Origin: an uncultured delta proteobacterium
GTDB taxonomy: Bacteria; Desulfobacterota; Syntrophobacteria; BM002
Assembly (NCBI GenBank): GCA_963712115.1
Contig: CAVQGX010000033.1
Location: 32,001-96,000, forward strand
DNA: 64,000 bases
Direction of reading: 5' to 3'
Translations under genes and position numbers: made by a program
The notes under the pieces: generated by a model
What the model saw: the letters and a program-made list of their open reading frames with translations, nothing else
The model's database searches: none
Told to the model about the DNA's origin: nothing
Shown: positions 52,844 through 62,679 of the stretch, piece after piece
Numbering within the stretch: position 1 is the first letter of the stretch
Layout of the letters: each line of letters starts with the position of its first letter

Positions 52844-53344
52844 ATGTTCTCGCAAGCTAGGCCTAGGAAGAAGTTATCTCGGTTGATTCTGATCTTTGTA
52901 GCGACCTTTGCTCTCTCCTCACCTTTTATCGCCCGACTCGAAGGCGGTAAGGCAAAGGATTTCACCCTACTGGATATGAACGGCAATAAGGTGCGCCTTT
53001 CTGAGTTGGCTGAGGACAAACCGCTATTACTTTATTTCTGGGCGAGCTGGTGTAAACCTTGTCGACTGACCACACCTCAGGTTTCCACCCTTGCCGAGAA
53101 GTACAAGGATCGAATCACCGTTATTGGGATAAATGTGGGAGGAGTGGATTCGCTGAAGGTTGTCAAAAAATATAACAAACGCTACGAGATCAACTACCCC
53201 TTATTGATTGATTCAGACAACGAGACGGTAGAGGCCTATTCCGTTCATGCCATTCCAACCGTTATTTTACTGGACAAAAACGGCAAAGTCCTTTTTCGAG
53301 ACAATGAACCACCTGAAAAACTGGAAGAGCTCTTGCCAAAATAG
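52844..53344 (+). CDS. TlpA-like thiol:disulfide oxidoreductase
   Basis: Signal anchor, FWASWCKPC, AIPTVILLDKNG. Confidence 0.9.
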   Translation: MFSQARPRKKLSRLILIFVATFALSSPFIARLEGGKAKDFTLLDMNGNKVRLSELAEDKPLLLYFWASWCKPCRLTTPQVSTLAEKYKDRITVIGINVGGVDSLKVVKKYNKRYEINYPLLIDSDNETVEAYSVHAIPTVILLDKNGKVLFRDNEPPEKLEELLPK

Positions 53345-53548
53345 CTAATTCCCATTGCTCGAAGATTCGTTATCCTGCCCCTCTCCCTCCCTCCTTTTGC
53401 GTTTGAGGTAGTTGGCCGCACAGCTCATCAAGATGAGCATGCCTAGAACCATAGGCATGAACTCACCTTGATTGTAAGCGCGGTAGATGCCAACGCAAGT
53501 TACCAGAATACCCACTAGAATACTGGCTACGAGCAACCGGAAGCTCAT
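53345..53548 (-). CDS. Small two-TM membrane protein
   Basis: Two hydrophobic segments and a basic tail. Confidence 0.55.
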   Translation of the reverse strand: MSFRLLVASILVGILVTCVGIYRAYNQGEFMPMVLGMLILMSCAANYLKRKRREGEGQDNESSSNGN

Positions 53549-53574
53549 ATTTCACTCTCTCATTGCTTCTCTGT

Positions 53575-53767
53575 TATGACGCTGCTTCGTCATTAAGTCA
53601 TTTGGGCTTGTCGCCCCTTATCCATGGTCATTTGGCTTCGCCGTCAATAGGGCTGGCGCCTGTCATCAGGCCTTACGGCCGTCATTAAGTTGTTTCAAGT
53701 CCACAATGATAGTTAACCATGAATGACAGCGTAGCGTAATGACACGAAGGCAAATGACCTAATGACT
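53575..53767. repeat. GTCATT/AATGAC motif array with short palindromic spacers
   Basis: About six GTCA(T/A)T units followed by about four AATGAC units. Confidence 0.65.
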
Positions 53768-53823
53768 CAAAACACCAAACGCTTTGCCTGGAACTGACAG
53801 CAGATGACCACAAGTTGCCCTTG

Positions 53824-53988
53824 CTAACTCTTTTTGGAAGTCTGGACCATAAATTCGCTGATCTGCTGCTCTACCTTTCTTTTGCCACATTTAGGGCACT
53901 TTACCTTGCCCTTCTCATACTCGCTTATGGACATTATTACTTCAAAAGGCTTCTTGCAGTGCAAACATCTATACTCGTAAGTGGGCAT
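53824..53988 (-). CDS. FmdB-family zinc-ribbon protein
   Basis: MPTYEYRCLHC...CPKCG; GGAGG RBS. Confidence 0.9.
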   Translation of the reverse strand: MPTYEYRCLHCKKPFEVIMSISEYEKGKVKCPKCGKRKVEQQISEFMVQTSKKS

Positions 53989-54133
53989 GGACGCACCTCC
54001 TGCCTTGTTCATTTCGAGCAAAGCATATTTTGCCTATTTTCTAAAGATTATAGCGAGCTGTGAAAGGGACTGTCAACGAACATCGGCATGACAATCGTGC
54101 AGTTGTGGTTAACAATAGCTTATATTTTAGGAA

Positions 54134-54910
54134 CTATGGCTTGTGGGCCGTCACTAGCATCCGTTTGCTAAGAAGCCCATAATCGCCAGGTTTAGGGTGG
54201 GAAACCAATGTACCGGCACAGCTAATCTGATTGAAGCCACTGCCGGCAAGCAACACTTCCAGCTCTTTGCGCCGAAAAAGGCGAGCGAAGTAAGTGACGT
54301 CCCTGATAAGCCCACGCCGCTTGCTTACAACCATTTCCCGGACCAAAACACCTTCGTCAAGCAGTTTTCGCTGTCGACAGACTACCACGTCTCTGGTGGC
54401 CTCATGCCAACTGCTAGGTTTGAATTGCTGGCGAGCGTACTCATTGTGCACTAAATCAAGAAGAAGCGTGCCTCCCGGTCTCAGCAAACGGCAGATTTCT
54501 TGGAGTATCCTCTGGTTCTGGCTGTCGTCCTCGAAGTATCCAAAGGAGTTTCCCATGACTAGCACCACATCGAAGATGGAGTCTGCCAGTCCGAGTTCGC
54601 AGGCATCGCCCCGACAGAAATATATGGAGCATCCCTTTTTTGCTGCATCTTTGAGGCCAACTCGCAAAAGTACCTGAGAGTAGTCCACTACGGTCATATT
54701 CTTGTAACCCCGTTTATATAGCTCTATGGCATGACGCCCCTGGCCGCCGCATAGGTCAAGGATTCGATCATCATAGTTGAGCCCAAGGGTGGCCTCAACC
54801 ATATCCACTTCAGCAGCAGTTGTTACCGGACAGCACACACTGCGGGCGTCAGTGACAAGATAGGTCTCATCAAAGATATACTGCCACCAAGTCGGATCAT
54901 AGCCATCCAT
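54134..54910 (-). CDS. Class I SAM-dependent methyltransferase
   Basis: ILDLCGGQGRH, MGNSFGYF, LRPGGTLLLD. Confidence 0.88.
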   Translation of the reverse strand: MDGYDPTWWQYIFDETYLVTDARSVCCPVTTAAEVDMVEATLGLNYDDRILDLCGGQGRHAIELYKRGYKNMTVVDYSQVLLRVGLKDAAKKGCSIYFCRGDACELGLADSIFDVVLVMGNSFGYFEDDSQNQRILQEICRLLRPGGTLLLDLVHNEYARQQFKPSSWHEATRDVVVCRQRKLLDEGVLVREMVVSKRRGLIRDVTYFARLFRRKELEVLLAGSGFNQISCAGTLVSHPKPGDYGLLSKRMLVTAHKP

Positions 54911-55546
54911 ATCTTGCCTCTCGAAATGAGTTCCTCAAATAATAAAAAAAATGTAGCCTTTCCGGTATTTATGCAGTGAACATGAAACCTAATCAACGTA
55001 TCTGCAGTTTTGAGATCTACAGATTTTCTATTCAAGCCATAGCACTTTAGCCGACATACTGAAACAGAAGCTAATTAGAAAGAAACCTTGGACCGATATA
55101 TCATGCGTACAACATCTTGTCACTTTAGGTTTTTGCAAATGCAGAATAAATCTTATCAGCCACTACTCTTCTTTTTCAACCAACAATATAGTGATGCCGT
55201 CTGTGGATCCCCGAGTCTGCGAAAGTGGCCAGCTTCCTTACAGCTTCTCATAATGGCGGGGGATTCTGCTTCAAGGGAGTGCAGCGAAGTTTCAATTTCT
55301 TGACAATACTGCAGTGTTATGCCAGATTTGCACTATTGGAGTAATCTCACCTAATTGCCGAGTCATTAACTCGCAAATATCCAGATCCGAATGCAACACG
55401 GAATCCAAATCCGGAGATCCGCGGACGAAATAAATCCAAATTATCCAAATCCTAATGACCAAAAGTGAGAACAATTCTATTTGTACAATTTCCTTTTGAA
55501 CATTGGAGAATTAGGATTTAGGATTTATTATCTGCCGTTTTCGCCT

Positions 55547-55700
55547 CGATAATGGGTTGCGGAATTTGGTGAGAAGGCTCGTTTTTATGTTGAAGTAAAG
55601 AATGCAGGAGAGGGAACAGCGTATGATGTGCAGGTGACAAGTGTCACTGACGAACCTCAAATCTCTCTCAAAACAGGAGAGAAATCCGTCGATCTCTGCC
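55547..55700 (+). pseudogene. Fragment of CARDB/Ig-like domain
   Basis: EFGEKARFYVEVKNAGEGTAYDVQV resembles the 'GE..V.V.N.G.G.A..V.V' pattern; no intact start. Confidence 0.4.
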
Positions 55701-55844
55701 AGGTGAAATATCCGAGTTCGCATGGCGGAAGCGGAAGGAGGGAAGATCCGTCACTGGCCATCACAAGCCGGGTCCGGTATGCCAGGGAGCAAAATGTTCC
55801 TTTGGAGCAGATCGAGCGGGCTGAGAGTTTAAACCAAATGATAG

Positions 55845-57350
55845 TGTAGGTCTTCAAAGGGTTGTGGACAAATCAGGTATGAAATTAAGAGAGGGTTTCT
55901 GTCTTCCGTATATCCTTTTTTAAGTGTTCATGCAATCCTCAAAGAGCAATTATGTCTTCTACGTAACCACATAGTGTTTTTCTTAATCTGCTCACGCCTA
56001 GTCAGTATCTCCCGCTCTCTGCGATAGTAAACATCAGCCGGTGTTACATTGTTCAGCGCTTCATGGTATCGATAGTTGTTGTAGTAGTCGACAAACCTCC
56101 CGATTTGATTTTCGAGTTCCAAGGGGCTGTGGTAATGCTCAAGCAACAACAGGTTTTTCATCGAACGGTGGTATCGCTCAATCTTCCCCTGTGTCATCGG
56201 GTGATACGGCTTGCCACGAATATGGTGGATCCCTTCTGCTTCGAGATATTCTCTTAGAGCTTTGGAAACATAGCAGGGGCCGTTATCCGAAAGCAGCCGG
56301 GGGCGATGCCATACGGTTGGATTCCTAGTACCGGTGAAACCGATGGCCGCCTCAATCGTTTGTTTCACCTCCTCGGCGGACATACCGGTACATAATTGCC
56401 AGGCAAGAATATATCGTGAATAATCATCCAGAATGTTGCACAGATAGTACCAGCCCCAGTGCACTACTTTGAACCAGGTAAAGTCCGTCTGCCACAGTTC
56501 ATTTGGCTCTTTGCTCGGATGCGGGAACTTATCCTGTGCCGTTATAACTGTATAGACTGGGCTGGTTACCAGATCATGGGCTTTTAGGATCCGGTATACC
56601 GATGACTCCGAGATATAAAAACCTTGTTTGTCGGTGATGTACCAAGCCAGCTCACGCGGTGACTTCTCAGGGTGCTCAAGAGCGATCTCAACCACACGCA
56701 GTCGCTCCCACGGCGGTATCTGGTTCCAGAACTGCTTCGGAGGTCGGTAGCGGTTCGCCAGTGCCTGGTAACCTCCCTCCTGGTACCTGCGATACCATTT
56801 GTAAAACGTGCTCCGGTTGATGTTGAACTCGACAAGGTGTGCTTTACACTGAGCGGTGATTGCTCTACCACCCGGATGATTTCCATCTTTTCTGATTGGC
56901 TGTAGGGCATGTAGCGCCTCCACTTCAATCCAGACCACTCAGACTTTTTTTCAGCACCCGGTTGCGCAAACTCAATTCGGCTACAAGCTGTTGAGCTGCT
57001 CGTTCTCTGCGAAGCTCAGCCACCTCGCGGCGTGCTGCTCTCGGGAGTATCGCCCTGCAAACGTGCCTGCGTTCCTCCAGAAACGCTTTGCTCCCACATA
57101 GTCTGGGCAATACCTCCTCTGCGGCAGAGTGGCAAGCTCTCTTCACCCTTTAGGCCTTCCAGAATGATTCTGATTTTTTCTTCTGAGTTGAATTTTCGGC
57201 GGGTTTTTCGCTTGATCTCACGAACAACAGATTCAGGGCTCTGGTTGGTTTTAGGTTTCATTTCTTACTCCTCTCACAGCAGATGTTATTACCTAAAACC
57301 GTCTCTTATTTCATCCCCTGAATCTGTCCACTTTCCTCTGAAACGCTGCA
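55845..57350 (-). mobile_element. IS3-family insertion sequence, ~1.5 kb, with frameshifts
   Basis: Imperfect TIRs TGTAGGTCTTCAAAGGGTTGTGGACA / TGCAGCGTTTCAGAGGAAAGTGGACA; orfA RRKFNSEEKIRIILEGL; A7G slippery site 56944-56951; orfB WQTDFT..LSDNG..GKIER. Confidence 0.92.
55928..57261 (-). pseudogene. IS3 transposase orfAB, interrupted by indels
   Basis: Pieces across ORFs 57016-57261, 56925-57146, 56584-56928 and 55928-56938; rve DDE domain intact. Confidence 0.85.
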
Positions 57351-57571
57351 GACAACGAAAATCCGTGTATCAAATTGGACCAACCCGGATTCATCTGGAC
57401 AAGGTTGAAGGCCTTGGTGAGTTTCTGGAACTCGAGGTGGTGCTCAAACCTGACCAGACTTTGTCACAGGGCAAGGAGAGTGCACGTCAAATCATGGAGA
57501 CACTGGACTTGGAACCCGAGCATTTAGTCAGCGAGGCGTATATCGATTTGCTGGAGCACAGAACGAAATAG
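57351..57571 (+). pseudogene. 3' fragment of class IV adenylate cyclase/CYTH protein
   Basis: VYQIGPTRIHLDKVEGLGEFLELEVVL...AYIDLL; begins at the IS end. Confidence 0.8.
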
Positions 57572-57601
57572 CGAACTTCTACGCTAATAATTCAGGTGTT
57601 T

Positions 57602-58543
57602 TTAGAAATAGATGGGAAAAATAAGGGCCGTAACCCGCTGGTCTTGGGAGTTGCTGCCATTCGTTGCTGCGCTGGCCTGAGCCTCTACCCGAAAGGAAGG
57701 GGCACTGCTGAGTCCCCACTTTTCTATACCCGAGACAACACCCTGCGAAAGGGATACCTGGTTCACGCAGGAGTGATCTGGGACTGATTTGAATTTTGGA
57801 ATGAAGCAGGGGAAATCACTGGAGGGTACGGTATACTCGACCCGCATCCTCTTTAGCGCTGTAGATTTGCCTCCCGCTTGACTTCTTTCTTCCCTTGGCT
57901 TGTTCATCCTGCGGAAAAATACTGCACAGCTAATCTCCAGTTCAGTAGCAATCATTCTTCTCACCACCGCCTCGGGAGATGCCTCATATTTTTCCGCGAG
58001 GGGATAAACGCTCTTCACGGAATAGCCATGGTAGACTACATCTCGGGCAAACCAATCCATGGGCATTAGCATTTCCGAAGCAGCAAGGTTGCACAACGAT
58101 TCCAACTCCAAGTGGTAATGTTCTGCCCTGCCCGTTTGCTTCCTCATTCTGACAATCTCAAAACAGTCTGGAAATAACGTGTGGGCTATTTCGTGGCAGA
58201 TAGTGAAATGCTGCCTGGTCTTCGGCAGTCCTTGATTAACTATGATTTCCAGCTGACCTTCGCCGTTGGCGCGAAGCACGCCGTCAGTACCAGGACTGAG
58301 GTTTTTCTCCTTTACACGGATTCCGAGGATAGAAGCCAGAATCTTCGGGTCATATGGCGGGCCTGACCAGCCTAATCTCCTTGCATAGTCAATTAGATCA
58401 TTCGCCCGTTTACGAATGATTTGCCTTGGGCACAGGACTGCACCACATTTCTCCAGAAGAGCCAGTACAGATGGATGCCGCCACTGTTCTGTTCTTAGAT
58501 GAGCTGGTATTAGACCGTTTCGTTCCTTGAAAGCCTTATCCAA
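57602..58543 (-). CDS. ImmA/IrrE-family metallopeptidase (CapP-like)
   Basis: QHFTICHEIAH HExxH, ESLCNLAASEMLMP, central HTH, C-terminal FIPKFKSVP GAF-like region. Confidence 0.85.
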   Translation of the reverse strand: MDKAFKERNGLIPAHLRTEQWRHPSVLALLEKCGAVLCPRQIIRKRANDLIDYARRLGWSGPPYDPKILASILGIRVKEKNLSPGTDGVLRANGEGQLEIIVNQGLPKTRQHFTICHEIAHTLFPDCFEIVRMRKQTGRAEHYHLELESLCNLAASEMLMPMDWFARDVVYHGYSVKSVYPLAEKYEASPEAVVRRMIATELEISCAVFFRRMNKPREERSQAGGKSTALKRMRVEYTVPSSDFPCFIPKFKSVPDHSCVNQVSLSQGVVSGIEKWGLSSAPSFRVEAQASAATNGSNSQDQRVTALIFPIYF

Positions 58544-58601
58544 TTTCTCGTCGTGCTTGTCCTGAGCTTGTCGAAGGGCTGCCCGCTGTCAGCTGCCGGC
58601 T

Positions 58602-59034
58602 TCAGCTGCCAGCTGTTTCCCTCTTCTTTATTCTCTGGTCGGCCACGTAAGCGTAGTAGCGCTTTCCTGGTTTCTCTCCCCGGAATCTTATTCTGGCAAG
58701 ATCGAGGAGAATATCTTCGGGAATGGGTTTTCCCTGCTTGTGTCGTTCTTTCGCGAGCTCCAGCAAATCCTGGTCGATGTCGGCCGGTAGTAGTCCTTTT
58801 TCAGGACAATGGGCTTGGTCTCGCCCATGAGTTGGGAGCTGGTGGTGCCCAACACCTCAGCGAAACGGTAGATGGTCTCAGCCGAAGTGGCAATTTCTCG
58901 TTTGATAATCTTGGTTAGGTTGCCCTCGGTTACACCGCTCTTTTGGCCAGCTCGCCAGGGTCCAGCCCTTGATGACGAGGAGGTTCTTGATCCTCCACCG
59001 AGCTCTTCCGCAATCTATGATCTGGCAGAATCAC
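58602..59034 (-). pseudogene. XRE-family HTH repressor, apparently frameshifted
   Basis: Stitched frames read RIKNLLVIKGWT..ELAK..GVTEGNLTKIIKREI..TSAETIYRFAEVLGTTSSQLMG..IPEDILLDLARIRFRG. Confidence 0.7.
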
Positions 59035-59240
59035 CGTGAAGGTTGAGTACCACAGTTTATTTCTTTTTTACAAGTCATTTTTAAAAAATTCCATATATGC
59101 AATTTTATCTTGACATTTCATTTACCCTAATGACCATCTCGGTCGACCAGAATAAATCGTCCAAAAGGACTCATTCACCGGGAGGGGATAAACCCCTCCC
59201 TACGTTTTGATTTCAGGCACTTATCTTTGGGTGAAACACG

Positions 59241-60804
59241 ATGGCACTGGAGGTATTCCAGACTTTTTACACCTCTTTGCATGATCATTTCAATGCTTTT
59301 ATCAAAGGGATTTATATCAGTCTGCCAGATGGGGTGAGTAGCCAGAGGGTTAAGACGGATCTTTGCTTCCACTTCGGAGAGATTTTCCGGGAGATCATAA
59401 CCTACGATCCCTATAACGGACTCACCAGGATTCAAGCTGGAAACGTTGACTCGAGCGGCAGAAAAAAGACATCTGCGAGTGCAGAACGGATCGATTTCCT
59501 CACTCTGTTAGGGCGGCTTGGAAATCAGATTACAGGTTCTAAACACAGATTACTTGTGTTGTTAGATGGTGTGGACAACTACCTCAACGAAGATGTTGTA
59601 AGTTTGAGACTGGCAGAGATATTGAGTCGGAGGAGTTTCGGGTACACACTCACATTTATGGGCTTCAAGGACTTCCCTCGCTACGATCCCCTACCTAGGC
59701 TTAATCTCCACGAAATCCCTTACCCAAGTCCATGCAAGGCCAGTCTCTGCAAAATGGTGCGCTCCGGCCTTGAGGCCATCTCTATAGAGGGACAGAAATC
59801 AATTGATCTGGACAGGTTGGAGGCGGACCGCGGCCAGTCTTTTTGGTTGCCCTTCACTGGCGGTTGCCGAAGATATCTTTAATCTGGCTTACTCGGAAGA
59901 AATAGGTTTCGATCCCTCCTCTGTCGGAAAGCTGAAGCTAGGCAAGATTGTGTCGAAGATTCCGGGAATTACTATTCGATCTCCCATTGACTTGCCGTCT
60001 ATGGACCAGGTTGCCGGCTATTCCCATCTGAAGTCCTACTGTGAGATGCGAAAAGAAGTGTTCTTTAAGGAAAACGGTAAAATCAGATTACATGGCATAT
60101 GTCTCATGGGTCCTCCCGGCACAGGAAAGACACTTTTTGCCCAAGCCCTTGCTCACCAATGGCAGATACCTTACTGCAATCTTCACATGACTTTCCTCAG
60201 CAGATTTCTTGGCTCCAGCGAAAGAAATCTCGAGCGAATCCTGCGGATGCTCATAGATTTTGGCGGACCTGTGCTCTTTCACCTGGATGAATTGTCCAGA
60301 CTCTTCGGAACAGTTCAAGCTGACTCCCATGAAGTGACAAGGCGAATCGTGGCCATGTTACTTAACTTCTTGGAATCACCTGATTCAACCCACGTTTACA
60401 CGATTGGAACTATGAACACCCTCGAGTTAGACGCAGCACTGCTAAGACGTTTCGATGACGTCTTTTATGTAAGTTTGCCGGACAAATCCCACCGCAAGGA
60501 ACTCTTCGAGTGTTTTGCCAGGAAGTACGCGGTCAAGCTTCCCAATGATATTTCTGTCTACAGTGTTTCGCGGGGCATGGTGGGCAGTGAGATTGAACGC
60601 ACAGTTAAGGACCTGAAGATTGAATCAATGAGCAAGGGGACTCAGCCCTCATCCCTTGATCTGATGCGAATCCTTAGAAACAGACCGGCATTGGCTACAC
60701 TCTTTTCCAGCCTGCATGAGATAGAAGAGATGGCTTTACAGGCAGGTTTTCGTCGCGCCTCCCAGGCCGTTACAGCCTTCCATACTGATCCAGAACAGTA
60801 TTGA
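59241..60804 (+). CDS. Ycf46-like AAA+ ATPase (degenerate N-domain + active C-domain), frameshift near 59820
   Basis: GPPGTGKT, FHLDEL, GTMN, ALLRRFD in ORF 59803-60804; overlapping upstream ORF 59241-59882. Confidence 0.75.
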
Positions 60805-61598
60805 TTACAAAATTGGCCGATTTTCAACAACTGTCTCATAGAGAGCGAAAAGACTCCTTACACGAGTATCAGGGTGGTCTGCCACCAATTAGCACTGGAA
60901 AAAGCTGCTACGTAATGGCCTGGCAGTGAAAGAAAGTTCTTCAGAGCATATTCCCCTGTAACCAAAGAAGAGATCCTAGGAGATCTATGTGAAGCTGTCA
61001 GAGGATTGAAGAGGGCAGGGCACTTCACGGAATTAACCGACTCTTGGACAATATTTACTGTCTAGAAAGCTGCGAAGAATCAGAAGGGGAGACTGCCACA
61101 TTTTCAGAATAGCTTACGTCAAAATCCACACAAAGGGGTAAGAGCGGTGCTGGCTGCAGTAATCATGGTTCTGCCGGAGAGCAGCACGTATAGATGTGGG
61201 CTGCTTGGTCCGTGTTTCTTTGTCTATGAGCACGGAGCTTGGTTTTGTGAGGGATTGAAGCTCTAACTTGCTGGCGAGAACCGCCGCGGCAATCACGTTC
61301 ACCTTTTTAGGATCATAGATAACACGATTTGCAGAGACTCTTTGAAAAGGACGATTTCGACAAAGGTGTTCCTCAGAGCCAATCAGCAAGAAGAGGGCAC
61401 CACGAACTCTTCATTGCAGAGATCTGACACAGAGCTGCGAATGATAAGGAGCGCCAGGGTTTCCCGTGCGTAGAATCTTGTCGAGCGCCAAAGAGTTTAG
61501 TTTGGACAGAGGCAAATGCAGACGAAGAGCCAAGAACTCAGTCTTTCGAAGATTTGCTGCGACGAGAAACATCAAGACACAAACTGAAGGAGGATGTC

Positions 61599-61790
61599 AT
61601 GTCGACAAAAAGGACCATCAGGACACGTCTTTATGCGGAGGATTTACCGCTGATCTGGAGACATTGGAAAAGAAAGGCTACGATTATTGGTGCAACTCAA
61701 GAATAGGGGGCTTCCAGCGCAATTTGACCTAGTGGTCAAGGTAAATGGGAAGATTCTGGGATTATCGAAAACTGGGCAGGGAGATGAGTC
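61599..61790 (+). pseudogene. Possible DUF1257 (Ycf35)-like gene, frameshifted or truncated
   Basis: GGAGG RBS; MSTKRTIRTRL..DLETLEKKGY..FDLVVKVNGKILGL across frames. Confidence 0.35.
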
Positions 61791-61794
61791 GTAT

Positions 61795-62490
61795 TAAAAA
61801 AAAAAAAAAAACGCGCAGCAACGGAATACAGGATTTAGAACGAGCGGCAAAGCAGGTACAGGATTTAGGTGAGCCATGATCAAAATCTAAATTGAGCTCC
61901 AGACCCAAATGGGGCTGCAACCGCCTCCAGGCCAGCTTACCAAGTTCCTGCGTGATTCGCTGATACTCCCAACCGCCCGGACTCCCAAGATTCCACTCAG
62001 AGTGATAGCCCAAATGATATTTGAATGAAAAGTATGATTAAATATGAGAATTGATTGAAGAATTTAGTTTGATGGATATAATAAAGTTATGAATGGTAAT
62101 TGAGCGAATAATGAGATAAAAAAAAGTGTAAAATAAAATTAAAAATTTGAATGAATGTGATATAGAAGTTTGAAAATAAAATGGGGAAGATGTATTAAAA
62201 GAAAGAATGTGATAAAATAAAAAAAAATTAAAGAAGGAAGAAAAAGAACTCTTCCACAGATACCTCCCTATTTAGTGACATGCGTGTTAGCTTATCAGGT
62301 TAATACCATTCGAATAAAAAAAAAAAATAAAAAGGAAAAAATAAAAAAAAAAAAAAAAAAAAAAAAAAAATGAAAAAATAAAAAAATAAAAATAAAAAAA
62401 CTAGAGAAATAAATAAAAAAATAAATAAAAAGAATAAAATGAAAATTAAAAAAAATAAAAATGAAAAAATAAAAATTAATAAATAATTTC
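61795..62490. other. Low-complexity A-rich tract, probable sequencing/assembly noise
   Basis: Long poly-A runs; flanked by a noisy ~130-bp duplication (61849-61984, 62523-62651). Confidence 0.7.
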
Positions 62491-62679
62491 GACCCTGCAC
62501 CGAATACCAGTCCGCCTCGGCTAAAGCAGGTACAGGATTTAGGTAGCCATGATCAAAATCTAAATTGATCTCAGACCCAAATGGGGCTGCAACCGCCTCC
62601 AGGCCAGCTTCCAATTCCGCGTGATTCGCCGAACTACCATCCGCCCGGACCTCGCGATGGCGGGTGGGTCGAAACAAGC

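Noticed and set aside
53575-53767. CRISPR array
   Set aside because: The anchor is only 6 nt, spacers are short palindromes, and there are no cas genes
52844-54021. Further Sec candidates (TlpA, FmdB zinc ribbon)
   Set aside because: Their Cys motifs use normal Cys codons with no in-frame TGA
55308-55326. Sigma-54 promoter TGGCATAACACTGCA on the minus strand
   Set aside because: GG-to-GC spacing is 9 nt, not 10
56800-59830. Programmed frameshifting in the HTH, AAA and IS orfA genes
   Set aside because: Indels are many and scattered in a low-quality region; only the IS3 A7G site is a recognised slippery motif
62300-62677. Phe-rich 125-aa 'membrane protein'
   Set aside because: It is the reverse translation of the poly-A noise
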